A DNA stretch of 64,000 nt from Azolla caroliniana. Taxonomy: Eukaryota > Plantae > Polypodiophyta. The stretch spans positions 124,001 to 188,000 of the forward strand of contig JBHGNT010000011.1 in the NCBI GenBank assembly GCA_043228905.1, read 5' to 3'. The stretch's first letter is position 1. The number at the start of each line of letters is the position of its first letter. The translations under genes and the position numbers were made by a program. Of the stretch, positions 23,401-38,369 are shown one piece after another. Under the pieces are notes generated by a model. It did not search any database. It was not told where the DNA came from and saw only the letters and a list, made by a program, of their open reading frames with translations.

Positions 23401-25610
23401 GGTCAGAAAATAGAGAATTGCTGGACAATTTGTGTCCAAAAACCCTTCCGAGCACCCCTATCATTTGGTGCATAAATGTTCAAGAAACCCCAAACAACAT
23501 CATTAATTTTAAGGAGTAGATAATGAGCTCTTCCTTCTACTACTTGTTGGGAATGAAGAACAAATTGTATCCATTTATCACTCAGAATCATACATACACC
23601 ACATTTATTTTTCTATTGTCCACATGCCGGAATCCAATAATATCTCCAATCACCATGAAGCATATTATAATAAGATTGTATTTTACTCGCATCTAAATGA
23701 TGTTCTTGTAACATAATCAAATCACAACTTTCAACCTGGAATTTATGAAGTTCCCTACGTATTCTAGCCTTGAATCTTCTACATAAAGCACCTCCTAATC
23801 CTTACACATTCCATGAAAGCATCGAAAAATTATCCATATGCTAATAATAATTGATTTTTAACCTTACTTTTACTCTCCTCCGAAGATTTCTTCAGCTTAC
23901 ATGCTTGTGTTGAAATTCTCAAGCCTTTAGCAACCATCTTATTAGTGGATTTTTTTACGATAGACTTATGTATGCTCAATCGAGTATGTTCTTCCTCATG
24001 ATTTACACATGTACTACCACCAATGATAGCCATGCTCTTACCTCTTGATCTCATCATACAACCTTTAAATTCTGAATGCATCCTAACATCTGATTGCATG
24101 TCTATCGCCTTTGGCACCAACCAATGAGACTCCTTTGTAGTCTCTAGGTTAGTGATCATGAGACTTTGCTCCGCTACTTTATTGTACTACCACCAATGAT
24201 AGCCATGCTCTTACCTCTTGATCTCATCATACAACCTTTAAATTCTGAATGCATCTTAACATCTGATTGCATGTCTATCGCCTTTGGCACCAACCAATGA
24301 GACTCCTTTGTAGTCTCTAGGTTAGTGATCATGAGACTTTGCTCCGCTACTTTATTGTTATCCTCATGCAGCGGATCATCATGGCATACAAGTAGGATTA
24401 ATTGTAAATCCCTATCAATAACATCTTCGAAAAAATTAGTAGAATCTTGACCATCCCCCTCACCTTCGAAATGATTTTGTTCCTTCTCCATATTCGGCAT
24501 AGAAAGTGATATAAACTTATTACCCGTAGGCAACCATTTCTTTTGCCTAGAATCCACACTTGGAAAACTATGTTTACCTCTTCTCACCTTTACCCAACTA
24601 TCCTCTTGCATGGTTGGGTTCTTATGTTGAATAGCTTCGTTTTTAACCTTACACTCATTCGCTAAATGACCCACCACGCCAGATGAAAAACATTGGTTGG
24701 GAAGGCCCGGATATACAACCTTTTGAATCCTTCCACTGGTATTACTCAATGCTGGAAGTTTAATAAAGGAAGTTAAAACAGAATGCCTTGATCCTAAAAC
24801 TCTAAAAATAGGCAAATTCATTCGATTGGCATTAAATCTATCTATCTCTTCCTCATCATCAAGAACCGGGCCAATCATAGATGCAATGTTTTTTAAAGCC
24901 GGATGCCATTGTTTAGGTAAGGAAACATAACTGTATGTACCAGCAGAATTCAACAAATCTATATCGAAATCGGGAAACCACCGCAAAAATTGCAACCGAA
25001 TGCCTCTAACTTGTACGCAGCCTATCCGCAACAACTTTTGTAGCATCTCCTCTAATTCAAATTCCAAATGATAGCAATTTCGTTCTAGTAGCTGAATATC
25101 AATTATTCTTTCTAAATCAGCATGGAGCCGTGCTTGAAGAAGATGGCGGATATCGCTTCTGTTTGGGTGGCCACCCACCACATGAACCAAAATCGAGAGT
25201 TGTTGCAGCCGATCTATCTTTGCCTGCACTCTCTGTTCGACATCGTAGGAAGGAGCGAAGTCGATTGTGAAATCCGCAACAGGACAGATGTCAGAGGATG
25301 ATTCACGGGATCCCCTCTTAGGTGTAGTTGCAGACATCACAACCACTCTACTCAGATCACTCTTTGTGTTTTCTTTGAGTCACTCATTGCTTCATTGTTT
25401 TTTGCAAATTCTCCATTTTATATTTGTACTATCACTGTCATTAATAACATATTCTCTTTTATGAATAATTCTCGAAAAATGAATAATCTCCACACATTTT
25501 GCCCTACAACAGCATAAACATTTTTGAGCGCACAGAGCATAGAGTTTTCAGACGTCTTCTCTCTGCAAAGAACATTTGGAGCAGCATAGCTATCCATACT
25601 CTCCATCGCT
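20458..25610 (-). mobile_element. L1-clade LINE (degenerate), 3' end deleted
   Basis: ORF1 at 25346-24174 has a degenerate zinc knuckle (CFSSGVVGHLANEC). ORF2 has an endonuclease (NIYAPN) and RT (WRPITILNTIYKI, LDFEKAYDR, VRQGCPLAP, FAEDT, YLG). It breaks off at a zf-RVT-like motif (WKWSWALQIPRKI) with no poly(A). 5' boundary approximate. Confidence 0.9.
24010..24358. repeat. ~174 bp tandem duplication at the end of LINE ORF1
   Basis: 'tgtactaccaccaatgatagcc...ccgctactttattgt' occurs twice, and the duplicated peptide MITNLETTKESHW is visible in the ORF track. Confidence 0.92.
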
Positions 25611-28342
25611 CACCAACAGTTCCGACATAAGCTAAGAAGAAAACATGTCGATTCCTGTGTTAGGTAGACTTCGGTAGTGGTTGCACAACAAGGGACTAAG
25701 GGTATTTGCAAGTTGTAGATGTCGAACCACATCTATGCATTGCAGACATTGTGCACCAAATCAACGTAGCCAAAATAACCAACAAATAGGTACGTCGATT
25801 TCTATGTCTTAACGAGAAGGCTTCGATGGTATGGAGAAACTAAAACCTGAGGTGTTGAGATCGTATTTCGGCGACTATTCGCCATCGGCCAAAGCCAATA
25901 AAACTCAAGGCGGTGAGAATGAATTCTTTCAAGAAGTCGCCACGTTCCTTTTCGAAGTAGCTTTTGTTAGTCCCTGATTTTATTGTATGCCCAAGCAACG
26001 GGCGGGATTCATTATATCTACATATGAAGGGGAAACATTCGACTGGGGATACTTGATAGGAGAGGCACTGAGGGATCAATGTACAGGGGTACAAAACGGC
26101 AAACCAATGAAGCCAATATTTGGAAGATGGCTCGTAGTACTCTTTCCGACACCTAGTTCGGAGAGTCCTCCGCGTAAGACCCCAAGAACAAAGGGGGGCA
26201 GCCAAGGCGATAAGCAGTGATAACAAGGGCCCGGAAAGAAGCACCACGAGAGGAGTGGCATGAACCAGACCCATGTCGGCTCCCAACAACAAAAGCAACA
26301 ATAGGAAGCTGAACCCGAGCAACAACAGGAGCTGACATCGACTCCTAATTCCAACACAAAAGTACTGGAATCGACACTAACTCGGACTCCCCAACCTGTT
26401 TCAGAACCTGTCTAGGAACATATCCCAACATCAGTGCCCGAAAACATCACCCAACATTCGGGATGAACAAAGCAGAATGCTTGAAGATATCAACAACTTG
26501 ACGACGAAGCACTGACTGAGCCACAATAGCCACCAGCAAAAGAAGAAAGACGTGTCGATCCAAACGACACAAGTCGCATAGAGAAGGGGAAGTCATCGTC
26601 GATGACTCCTGTTGTGGATACCATCATCTAATGTGGAACGGGATCAACACTCTTCTAGGAGAGGATCATAAACATGTGTAAAATCACAGTAGATTGATGG
26701 CAACATAGACAGAAAACAAGAATGCAATTAGTACCCTGACTGTCACTATAAACAACTGGAGGCGAGCCGATTTTGGCTTGTTGAAATGTGCAAGCCAGCC
26801 GAGCAAGCCATAAGGCCTCTTTCACCGCATCAGTTGCGGCTACGTATTCGGCCTCGGTCATTGATATGACAGTGCACTCTTGAAGTTTCGATTTCCACGA
26901 GATCGTTCCATTGCCAAATTTGAAACAATATTCGGTTGTCTATGCAACCTGTAAAGTCCGAGTCAGTGTATCTGACTATGTCTGAGGTGTCTTTTGGGCC
27001 AAATAGAATACCAAGGTCTTTTGTACCCACCAAATATTTGAACACATGCTTGACTGCGTTCCAATGCGATTGGCTAGGATTGTGCACAAATCTGTTGATG
27101 AATCCAACGGTGTGAGCAATGTTAGGCCGTGTCGTGACCATCCCGGACATTAGGGAGCCAAATTTCGGTGCATACGGTACCGAACTCATAGTTTCCCCCT
27201 CCGGACCGGATGTCGGGTAGTCTCGCTGAGACAACCGAGTGGTAATGGGGAGTGGGGTTGAAGTAGATTTTGCCAATTGCATGTTGAAGCATTCCAGGAC
27301 ACGACCAATGTACTTAAATTGAGATAGAAACAATTTTCTCCGATTTTGATTCCGACTTATTTTCGTACCAAGAATGTGTTGAGCCGGACCAAGGTCCTTC
27401 ATGGCAAACTTCAACCGTAGTTGCCGAACAAGTTTGGCAAGTTCTCCGGCATGTTGCCAGGAAATTAGCATGTCGTCCGCGTAGATGACGAGGAAGATGT
27501 TGTTTTCGTGAAGAGACAGTGATCCTCATCGCTCTTTGAGAAGCCGATTGATTGGATTTGATCGCCCAAATTTGATGATTCAATTTCGAATGTCGATTTT
27601 CGAGTGGATTATGTGTTGTTCCCAACATAGATTATGTGTTGTTCTCCAGGTCAATCCTGCTTCGGGTAATTGGAACAATGAGAGGGACGGTGTCGTGAAG
27701 AAAACCAGCCCTAAGAGGAATTAAAGGCGTGAACCCGCCCTTGCACGAGTGTGCGCGAATTGATACATTGTACATAACTAGGAATAGGACGGATGATGTA
27801 AATATACTAGGTATGACATATTTATTAGCTAGGAAATCGACGCGTATCTCTGTCCGAAGGGACAAATAATAAAGTTGATGTGTTTTGATGTAACGGCCTC
27901 CTCGACAACCTATAAAAGAGAGGGGAGAAGAAGAAGAGGGGATCACGTTTTGGCGAGCACGAGGTGCTGTAAGATTGGGTATCGAGCTCTCTCCTCCTCT
28001 AGCGTTGCTTTCCACTCTGTTTCGGGGTCGGTTGCCTCTGCTACGTGTAAGCCTGCGTGCTTCTAGCAGAGGCTCCACCGTGCGTTCTCTGTGTCGCGTG
28101 TGTGTGCGCGTGGGTTCTCTGTGTTGGGTCTGTTGCCGGTTTGCCGGTTGTAATCTTGCGTACATTGTAACCTTGCTAGTTATTGAATTCAAAATTCTAT
28201 TTTCTCTCTCTTTGTGTTCTCGTGAGTTCCCTCTACCTTGTCCGGTGAGCGTGTATCAGGTTCGGAGACTATATGCGTTCAGGTCTTATTCGGCTAGTAA
28301 CATTGTCAGCAATGAGCAGGCCTAACGGGCGATACGCACGCG

Positions 28343-28386
<44 letters not shown>

Positions 28387-30503
28387 GATCTCTTAAACCC
28401 CTCGGTACAAGACCCCCGCGGTCCCGCCTTAGTTTCTCCCGCGTGAGTGGAACAACACGACATTAATTTGGTGAACCCGACGTGAAACAAGACGGCAAAG
28501 GAGTTGGAGATGAGGGGATCAGAGCTCGCCGAAGCCATGGCTGCAACGATGGATCGGATAGTAAGCGCTTGCGGGGGTATAGGCGCCCTCGACAAGGCCA
28601 TTGAAGCGATTGTCGGCACGATAGGCCGGTTCAATGGTAAGAACGCCACGAGTTATTTGGGCCGAAATGGTGATGAGGGACATTCTGGAAGATAGGCGGT
28701 TGGCCGGTTTCCCTCGGGTTGCGACGCCAGGCATTCACGCAAAGGTGCTCGAGGTACAAGCTGGATGCCAGACCTGGGGAGAGTTTGAAAGTCGGATCCT
28801 CGAGAAATACGGGCTCGGCATGGTTTCGAAGGACGAAGAAGTCAGCGTAGACTTCTTCGAGTCAGCTGGCGTAGCGACAAGGGCAGGGAGCACTCCGGCG
28901 CTTAACAAGTTCAACGAGAGCGAGTACGACGGGGAGTGGCTCTAGATTGGAAGGTTCCTAAGGACAATGACGTCGGACGCGGGATGGACCAGAGAGGAGG
29001 CTAACCGGATCCGGAAGAAAGTGTACCAATTCTTCCTACGGGACAGAAGTATATGGAAGCACCCAAAGAAGCGAGGCGGCATTCCACTCCGTGTAGTGAC
29101 AAGAAAGGACGAGCAGGACAAGTTGTTAACGGAGCACCATGAGAGTCCTTGGGCCGGACACCGCAGGACATGGGCCACGTTCGAGAAACTGAAAGAGAAG
29201 TATTGGTGGCCGGGGCTGTACGGAGATGTATACCAGTTTGTGACGACATGCAAAAGCTGTCAGTTGCACTCCACAGTCCGACATCGAGATGAGCGACACC
29301 TGACCTACCCACCCACCATCCATTTCAAGTGGATGGTAGACTTAGTGACGATGACGATGGGGGTAGGGTAGATGCGGTACCTGGTGCTTGTGCAGGAGGA
29401 TTTGACGAACTAGGTGGAGGGCCGCGCACTGCAGTCCAAGACGACTGCGATAGTGTGCCGGTTTCTGATCGAAGAGGTAGTATGTCAGTATGGGTGTGTA
29501 GGGAAGATTGTGGCAGACCGAGGAGAGCTGAATGCGCAAGAAGCCAAGAAGTTGTTTGATCGACTAGGGGTCAAGCTCTCTCTCACCAGACATACAATCC
29601 GGAGGCCAACGGGAAGATAGAACGCGGGCACGGGCCGATCATGAAGGCGTTGGTACGCACGTGTGACAGTCAGGTTGGGAATTGGCCGAGGCTCCTTCCT
29701 TACGCGTTGTGGGCGGACCGCACAATTCGGTAACAGGGTTCATGCCAGCGGAACTGATGTACGGGCAGAAGCTTATCATGCCGGTGGCCTGGACGATTTC
29801 CTCCTAGGCGGTGATAGATTGGAGAGACGAGATGAGCCAGGAGGAGCTGTTGGCACCGCGGATTCGACAGCTTGAGTGAAGACCGGGGGATGTGGAGCGT
29901 GCAAAGGCGAAGCTACATGCGATGAGGGAGAGGAACAAAGGCTGATTCAACCGGACGCACCGGTTGCGGCCAAAGAAGATCAAGGAAGGCGACTAGGTGT
30001 TGGTGTATGACAGTAGCCTCAACAACTAGCACAAGGCAACGCGCAAATTCACGAGGAGGTGGTTCGGGCCCTACGCTGTAACGAGCGCGAACAACAATGG
30101 GACATATCATCTTGCGGAGCTAGATGGGATGCGATTAACAGTGCCGGTAGCTGGGAAGCGGATCAAGGCGTTCAAGAAGCGGCATGAGGACGTGCCAGAC
30201 CCGAGAAGTGTGACCATCGACGACGACCGGTTCGGAGCAAACGAGGATTTGAGAAGTGACGGATGATTACGGGCGGGTCTTCTCCGGCGATTGTTAGTGT
30301 CTGGCGCATACCGGTGGATGCGCGGTTTGGTGGGGGTGGATGTCGTGAAGAAAACCGGCCCTAAGAGGAATCGAGGAATTAAAGGTGTGAACCCGCCCTT
30401 GCATGAGTGTGCGTGAATTGATACATTGTACATAACTAGGAATAGGACGGCTGATCTAAATATACCAGGTATGACATATTTATTAGCTAGGAAATCGATG
30501 CGT

Positions 30504-30738
30504 TGTTGCGTTGTTATGCACGTGAGTGGAGAACGAGGCGGGACCACAGGGGCCTTGGACTGAGAAATAACCGAATGAGAAGAGGGGAAGGAAACTACCA
30601 ATGTACCTCACATGCGCACAAACACACAGATTCACAGGAGTTGCAACTAACTTTGAACAATGGAGACAGAACGAATGTATATGTATATACAAATCAAGGA
30701 GCTACAACCAGCAACCGGCGAGTGATAGGCTCCGACGC

Positions 30739-30774
<36 letters not shown>

Positions 30775-31829
30775 CGTGAGATGAAGACTCTGCCGAAAGC
30801 ACTCAGGCGTTCCGTGGAGCAGAGTCAGCCTCCCAAAAACTTGCACAGAACGACTATGGTGAAGACAGAGGAGAAGAGCTCGGTTCTAGTCCGGCAGCAC
30901 TTCGTCCTCCACAAAACGCGATCCCCCCTTTTACAATACCTCTCCCTCTCTTTTATAACCCAAGGAGGGGGCCCGTTACCACCCATTACATCATGTTTAT
31001 TCCCTGTCCTTTCGGAAAGGGATACGCCTCGATTTTCTCCCCTAATGAATGCGTGCTACCTAGGATTTCACCTCAGTCGACTTGTACCTATCTACGTACT
31101 ATACAACAAAACTTGTGCCCACGTGTAAGGGCTAGTTTACACACATTATACACGGTTTCCGCCTAGGGACGGTTTTCTCCACGACATCCGCCCCCACCTA
31201 ACCGTTGTCGTGAAGTTTCTGGCATATAGTGAGAAACCGGGAGATATTAGAGGGATCGGCAAGGTGCAACGTGTGCACCCATTCTTGTAAAAACGTGTGA
31301 ATAGTAGGATTGAAGTCAAGACAGAGAATCCCATGTAAGTTTGGATTTATCCCACATTGTAACGCATCCCTCTCCTTGTTCTATAAAAGGAAGGGATGGT
31401 CCCTTGTAGAGGGGTTGCCCATTTTGAGTTAGAAGGGTATACCACGTAGGTCTAGGATTTGGTGGTTTTCTTGGTCTTCATCTCGTTCTTATTCTTAGGG
31501 TTTCTACTTTGGTCTTCACCCTATTCCGTTTTAGGGTTTCGTCTTTGGTTTCTTCTACTTCTTCTTCCCCTTCGTGTTTGTTTAGGGTTTGCTTCTGCTC
31601 GGTCTCCTGTGCAAGACCCCGCTCGGCGCAACAGTCGTGAGCTCCCCAACCGGCGGCTTGGCAGCCAACTGTGGTTGTAACCCACCTTGGTCCGGCCCGA
31701 AGCCGGGGTTATATCTTTTCCTGTAATATATATATATTCGTGTTTGTTGTGCATATCGGTGTATTTGATGGAGTCGGGAGCAGAGCCCCCCCCTTGTTTC
31801 CTGTGTATAAGAGTCGGTGTAGCGCGCAT

Positions 31830-31872
<43 letters not shown>

Positions 31873-34800
31873 TTTGGTTGCTTCCGGGACGCGTTCGGAA
31901 TCATCTTCTCGGCATCCCTTCCTCTCTTGTCTGAGACCCCCGTGGTCCCGCCCCTTCTACACGCACGCGTGTAATAACGCGACACCGCACATCCACTAGC
32001 ATGCGCCAAAATTAGTCTCTTGCCGGAGAAGACCGGCCCACACTTATCCTTCATCTTCCGGATCGACATCCGTTCCGAGCCGGTCGTTGTCGTTATCCAG
32101 GTTGGCCGGATCCGGTTTAGCCTCGTGCCGCTTTTTGAATGCTTTGATCCTTTTCCCCGCCACCGGTACCGCCATCCTTGTCCCGTCGAGCTCAACGAGA
32201 TGGTAGGTCCCATTGTCGTTGGCGCTTGTCACCACATAAGGCCTGAACCACCTTCTTGCAAACTTCCGCATTGCCCTGTGCTAGTTGTCGAGCCTACTGT
32301 CATACACTAGAACCCAATCTCCTTCCTCGATCTTCTTTGGTCTTAGTCGGTGAGTCCGATCAAACCATCCTTTGTTCTTTACCCTCGCCACCCGTAGCTT
32401 CTCCGCGGCTCGGTCCACGTCCTTCGGTCTTCGCTCCAGCTGCCGAATCCGTGCCGCTAACAGCTCCTTCTGGCTCATCTCGTCTTTCTAGTCCACCGTG
32501 GCCCATGAGGAGATTGTCTGCTATGTTGGCATGATCAGCTTCTGCTCGTACATTAGCTCTACCGGCATGAACCCGGTTACCGAACTGTGCGTAGTTCCGT
32601 CCGCCCACAACACATAGGGTAAGAGCCGCGGCCAGTTCCCGACTTGGCCTCCACACGCCCGTACTAACGCTTTGATGATCGGCCCGTGTCCGCGCGCCAC
32701 CTTCCCGTTAGCCTCCGGATTGTACGATGTGGTGAGCGAGAGTTTAATCCCTAGCCTGTCAAACAACTCTTCTGCCTCTTGCGCGTCCCATTCTCCGCGG
32801 TCGGCCACGATCTTACCTACGCACCCGTACGGGCATACCACTTCTTGGATCAGAAATTGGCACACCGTCATTGTCGTCTTGTTCTACAGTGCGTGGCCCT
32901 CCACCTGGTTCATCAGGTCCTCCCAAGCCAGCACCAGATACCGCATCTGCCCTACCCCCCATCGGCATCGTCACCAGATCCACCATCCACTTAAAGTGGA
33001 TGGTCGGAGGGTAGGTTGGGTGAAGCTCGTCCCGATGTCAGACTATGGAGTGTACCTGACAGCTTTTGCAAGTTGTCACGAACCAATGCACATCCCGGTA
33101 TAGTCCCGGCCACCAATACTTCCCCTATAGCTTCTCAAATGTGGTCCACGTCCTGCGGTGTCCGGCCCAGGGACTCTCGTGGTATGCCATCAACAATTCT
33201 TCCTGTTCCACTTTCTTCGCCACTACTTGGAGCAGGATGTCGTTTCTCTTCTTCGGGTGCTTCCATATGCTCCCGTCCCGTAGGAAGAATCAGTATGCTG
33301 TCTTCCGAATCCGGTTGGTCTCTTCCTTCATCCACGCCGCGTCCGGTGTCATTTTCTTTAGGAACCCGCCGATCTGGAGCCACTCCCCGTCGTACTTGCT
33401 CTCGTCGAATTCGTTAAGCGCCGGAGTGCTCCCCTTTCTAGTTGTTACGTAAACCGCCTCAAAGAAGTCCACGCTGACTTCCTCGTCCTCCGAAACCATG
33501 TTGTCCTCGTCATCGAACCTCGCTCTCGAAAGCATGTCGGCCATGGCATTGTCCTTTCTGGAAATGTGTCGTATTTCCGGATTTAGGGACTTGATGTACG
33601 CTATCCACCTGAGCATTGCCAGGTCCGGCGTCACACATTTGGAAACCATGCCGAGAATCGGCAGGCAGTCCGTCTCGATTATCACCTCTGTCCCGATCAG
33701 GTAGTCTTTAGTCTTTATCAGCCTTGACCGCTAAAACGATACCCTAGAGTTTGCCTTTAAGCTGGGCGTATCCTCGTTGTCGCTCACTGAGGACTTTTAC
33801 GCCGAACTAGATGGGGAACCTCGCGCCATCATCATCCTCTTGGTTGATCACCCATCTGATCACGGTCGGACTCGTGTCTACGGTCACGTAAATCGGAGTG
33901 TCTTTGTTGTAGACAGCCTTTCGGAGCGCCAGTGCTGCGGCAAGTGCTTCTTTCATCTTCCGGACCGATTCCGTATGCTCGTTTCTCGACTCGAATTTAC
34001 GCCCTTTCTTCAGCAACCGATAGAGCGGCTCTGCGACGTGGGCGTAATGCGGGATCCGGATATGGTAGAACGCACATGCTCCCAGGAATCTCTAAACCTC
34101 CGTAACCGAATTGCAATCTTGCTTCATCGCGGAGATGGCCTCCACCTTGGCCGGAGACAGTTTCCGACCGTATGGCCCGCATAGGTGTCCGACGACCATG
34201 ATCTCCGATTGCCCGTAGGCTGATTTTTCCCCAGAGAAGGTGAGCCTCGCGCCTTCTAGTCTTTACAGTACCTTCTCGCAGTCATCAACGTGATCCGCCA
34301 CGAATTTCCGACATCCGTCCGGTCCGATTGTCTCGTCCTTTTCCTCCACTGGGCATCCTTTGATCGGGATGTCTTCTAAGAATGGCATGGTGATGCCCTG
34401 GATACAATCGGGCTCAACACTTTGTTCATTGCGTTCACCATGTAGGCTACCGAGTTCGTCCCTCCTTGTGGGAGGGTACACATCTACAGTAGGCCGAGAG
34501 GAGTCCGCATTGTCGTAATGTCCCTGCTCTCCACGACTAGTTGGAACTGATCGTACACCGAGTACAGATCACCGACTGAGTAAATTGACCTTCCGGCGAA
34601 GGCCTCCGCGACCTCGTCTATGCTCGGTCCGATTCCTACGTTCCCAATGGTCACCTTGTTGACCGGTTGCAGGTCTTGAATAAAGCGCAATGTGTCGTTC
34701 TTCTTTGGCATGGTAAACCACCGATTCGAGTATGGGGCACTCGACGGTTCGAGGATGCCCATCTCCACCTTCTGTTTCAACAGCTCCATCAACTTCGGGA

Positions 34801-37800
34801 TATGAGCTCTGGGTACCGGAATTGGTTTGAGATTCCACGACACATGTTATACCGTGAAGATCACCATTGATTCCACAACCATCGGGTCTACGCACCCAAT
34901 CTCCTCCAGTGAGAATGCGAAAGCCTTCCCGTGCCTCCCGAGCATTCTCCGAAACTGGTCCTCTTCCGCCGGCAGTAGAAAGGCACCCCCACTGATCTTG
35001 AGCTCTCGTAGCGTTATGTCGGTGAACGTGTGTCCTATGCTGGCTGGATCTCGTAAACTTGGGTCCGACGTGACCCCCTTTATCCGTAACTCGCTGCCCT
35101 CCGGCAAGGGTACAACGACTGGTCTCACCTTCCGGTCCACAGTCTTGTACTTCGTATCCACTCGGGCCGTCCGATCCAACTCGAGTCCATTACCGAAGTC
35201 GGCGATGACTTTGTACATCTTTTCCAAACTTACCGGATTCATCCGGTCCTCATTAAGGCCTTCTTCGAACACCTCCCATAACTTCCCTAAGGTGTCGTCG
35301 AAAGAGACCGCCTCCACGGCTCCATTGATTTCCTCTTCAGGGCCGAGGACTCCGCATGCTCGAAGTCGCTCCTCCGCCCGCTTCTTTTCCTGACCAACTA
35401 CACCGGCTATCGTACAACCTCCGCTATCGGAGAATGAAAATTTCCTACCTATGGTATAGGTCTTTTTGCCTATAGTACATCTGTGGGGTCTTTCCGGGGT
35501 GCCCGGACTATCGCGGCCCCACGCCTTGATAGCCCTCTCTAAAAATCCCCTCGGTTTTCGCCACCGAGGGTCTCGCGGTTACGCTCATGGTTCGGTCACA
35601 CAGTCAGGAACTGGACTGAGTGACACCCATCCTGGCTGTTGACTCGTGCATATGCCGAACCGTTGTCCACCTCCTTTTTCTCCATCCGTGCCGCCGTGAT
35701 GTACGGTTCCCTGAGTATAACCGGATGCGAGGACGTCTCCTGCATGAAGAAGTGTTGATCGATCTTGACATTGCCAATTTTCACTCGTACATTCGGGCAG
35801 GCTCCATGCAGCTCTTCCATGGCGCGCGTTGCTGCCCGTATTTTCCACCCGTGCTTGGTGTTGATCGGCCACTTCCCCTTCTTGTAGAAGTCTGTGGACA
35901 TCAAGTTGATTTCTGAACCGTGGTCCACCAACGCCACCACCGGCTCTTGAACATCTCTGATCTTAACGGGGGTCTCCGTGGTTGCTTTGGCCCAATGTGT
36001 CCTTGAATAGTGGTTCTCCGCCAACTCGTCTTCTAGAGCCATGTCTTCTAGATGCGTCGTTCGCACCTCCACCGGCTTCTCTAGCTCCGGCTCTATCGAA
36101 AGCCTTTTCCGCTCCACCAAGTCAACGATGGAGTCGTGGAACTCCTTCTTGGCAATTCCGAGCACTTCCTCAGTGACAGCTCCACTTTGTTGTTGAGGAT
36201 ATGTTCCTCGAGGACCTTTCACAAGTTCGTGGTCCTCTCGATCTCCGTGCTCAATCGATACCCATCCCTCTTGGCTTTATCCGGTGCGTCGATTGCATCG
36301 GCATCATTCTGCTTTTGCCCGAACCGGGTCTCATACCGTTTTGAGGGTCCAGTCCCTCCGGTCTTACCCGCATGCTTGTCCTCCACTAGAACCTCGTAGT
36401 TTTGGCAAGCGGGTTCAACGAAGCCCGTCTTCTCTTCGATTGGGTCACTCCACCCAGTTGCCTCCCGGACCCGTCTTTCCGCGTGGTCCGCTTCCTCTTT
36501 CCTCAGCCATACGCCGGCGAGGCCTTCCAACATCAACGGCTAGAATCCAGCTTCCTTTGTCTTCCGGGCTTCATTACTTCCGACCCGGATTCCAGCCGAC
36601 GCCGAGTAGTGGACGGTCTCCGCGTGGCGAGCCGCCACTTCTTCCATCAGCCGTTTCATACCCCCTCGTCCGACATTCAAATCCAGGGCCCTTCGGGTCT
36701 CGCTAGCATGCACCCGACCGTTCCATAGGTACACCATGTTAGCTGCTATCGCTTCGGCGAAGTCCCCGTAGTCCTTTTGGGCGTGGCCGACCGCGTCGCA
36801 CCACAAGCACCAGTTCCCAGCCGGAGGCCTTCGGTCACGGACTTGTTTGCCGCCGTCCCTCCGTGCTTGTACAATCTGGAGGTCCCTCACCATCAGAGTC
36901 AGCTCCTCCAGAGCCGCTCCTCCGGACGAGCCTTTGGCCATGCTGGTCGAAGTCGAGCCGGTCTCGAGCCAGTCTCGGGTCTCTTCCCTTCGCACTGATG
37001 GGGGTACCTCGACCTTCCTTGTCGCAACAGAACCCGCCCCCGTCAAGCCTTTATCGACCCACTCACGCTGTTTGTCAAAACGGCCGCAAACTCTCTTTAC
37101 CACGGCCCAGTCGGTTGTTAGGCCGTTATCGGTCTCCAGCAAGAAGCCCACTTGCTCCCGGTCCCTTACGTCCACCGATCTAACGAACAATAGGACACGA
37201 CTTGTGTCCAGTACGGTCCGGTCCAACACCGAAAGACGTGCTAAGCGTTCTTCAAACTCCCGAAGGAGCATCGACGCGTTTCTCCCCTTTTTGGGGGTCT
37301 CCACCCATTCCATGAAGTCCCGCTTCGATAGCCGAAGCGCATCATCAAGCCCGTATTTTTCAAGGAGCCGACCTTCAAACTCTTCCCAGGTCCGACTCTC
37401 AGCCTAAACCTCAAGCACCTCCACATGGATGCCCGGCATCGCCACCCGAGGGAATCCGGCCAGTCGCCTGTCCTCCGGGATGTCCCTCATCACCATTTCG
37501 GCTTGGTAAGCCTCTAGATAGCTTGTGGCGTCCTTCCCACCGAACCGGCCTATCATGCCGACGACTGCTTCAATAGCCCTATTGAGGGCGCTTGTGCCTT
37601 CGCGCGCACTCACTATCCAATCCACAACCGAAGCCATGGCTTCTACAAGATCCGACCCTCTCATCTTTCTATTCCTCTGCCGCCTGTTCACGTCGGGTTC
37701 ACCAAATATGTCGCGTTGTTACACGCGTGCATGGAGAATGAGGCGGGACCACGGGGGCCTTGGACTGAGAAATAACCGAATGAGAAGAGGGGAAGGAAAC

Positions 37801-38369
37801 TACCGATGTACCTCACACGCGCACAGACACATAGATTCACAGGAGTTGCAACTAACTTTGAACAATGGAGACAGAACGAATGTATATGTATATACAAATC
37901 AAGGAGCTACAACCGGCAAGCCGGCGAGTGATAGGCTCTGATCCCTGCACACACACACACACACACACAGAACGCGAGATAGAGACTCTGCCGGAAGCAC
38001 TCGGGCGTTCCGCGGAGCATAGTCAGCCTCCCGAAAACATGCACAGAAAGACTATGGAGAAGACAGAGGAGAAGAGCTCAGTTCTAGTCCGGCAGCACTT
38101 CGTCCTCCAAAAACGCGATCCCCCCTTTTACAATACCTCTCCCTCTCTCTTATAGCCCAAGGAGGGAGGTCGTTACCACCCATTACATCATGTTTATTCC
38201 CTGTCCTTTCGGACAGGGATACGCCTCGATTTTCTCCCCTAATGAATGCGTGCTACCTAGGATTTCACCTAAGCCGTCTTGTACCTATCGACGTACTATA
38301 AGCATGTGTAAGGGCCGGTTTACGCACGTTATACCCGATTTCCGCCTAGGGGCGGTTTTCTCCACAACA
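30504..38369 (-). mobile_element. Non-chromoviral Ty3/gypsy element B (tRNA-Trp PBS), near full-length but degenerate
   Basis: LTRs at 37709-38369 (5') and 30504-31186 (3'). PBS at 37688-37704. Gag (CLWCDAVGH), protease LVDHGSEIN, RT (LRFIQDLQPVNK, PFLEDIPIKG), RNase H (VDTSP, IETDC) and integrase. TSD GCGT at 30500-30503 and 38370-38373. Confidence 0.94.
31206..31984 (+). mobile_element. Solo LTR (C) related to gypsy A/B, inserted in the 3' UTR of B
   Basis: TGTCGTGAAG...CGCGACA termini like A/B, a TATA, (CT)n and 'ccccgtggtcccgcc' near the 3' end. TSD CCGT/CCGC. Confidence 0.85.

Noticed and set aside
30601-32213. Long ORFs of 175 and 230 aa in the ORF track
   Set aside because: They run through LTRs and (CA)n/(GA)n tracts, are low-complexity and show no domain signal.
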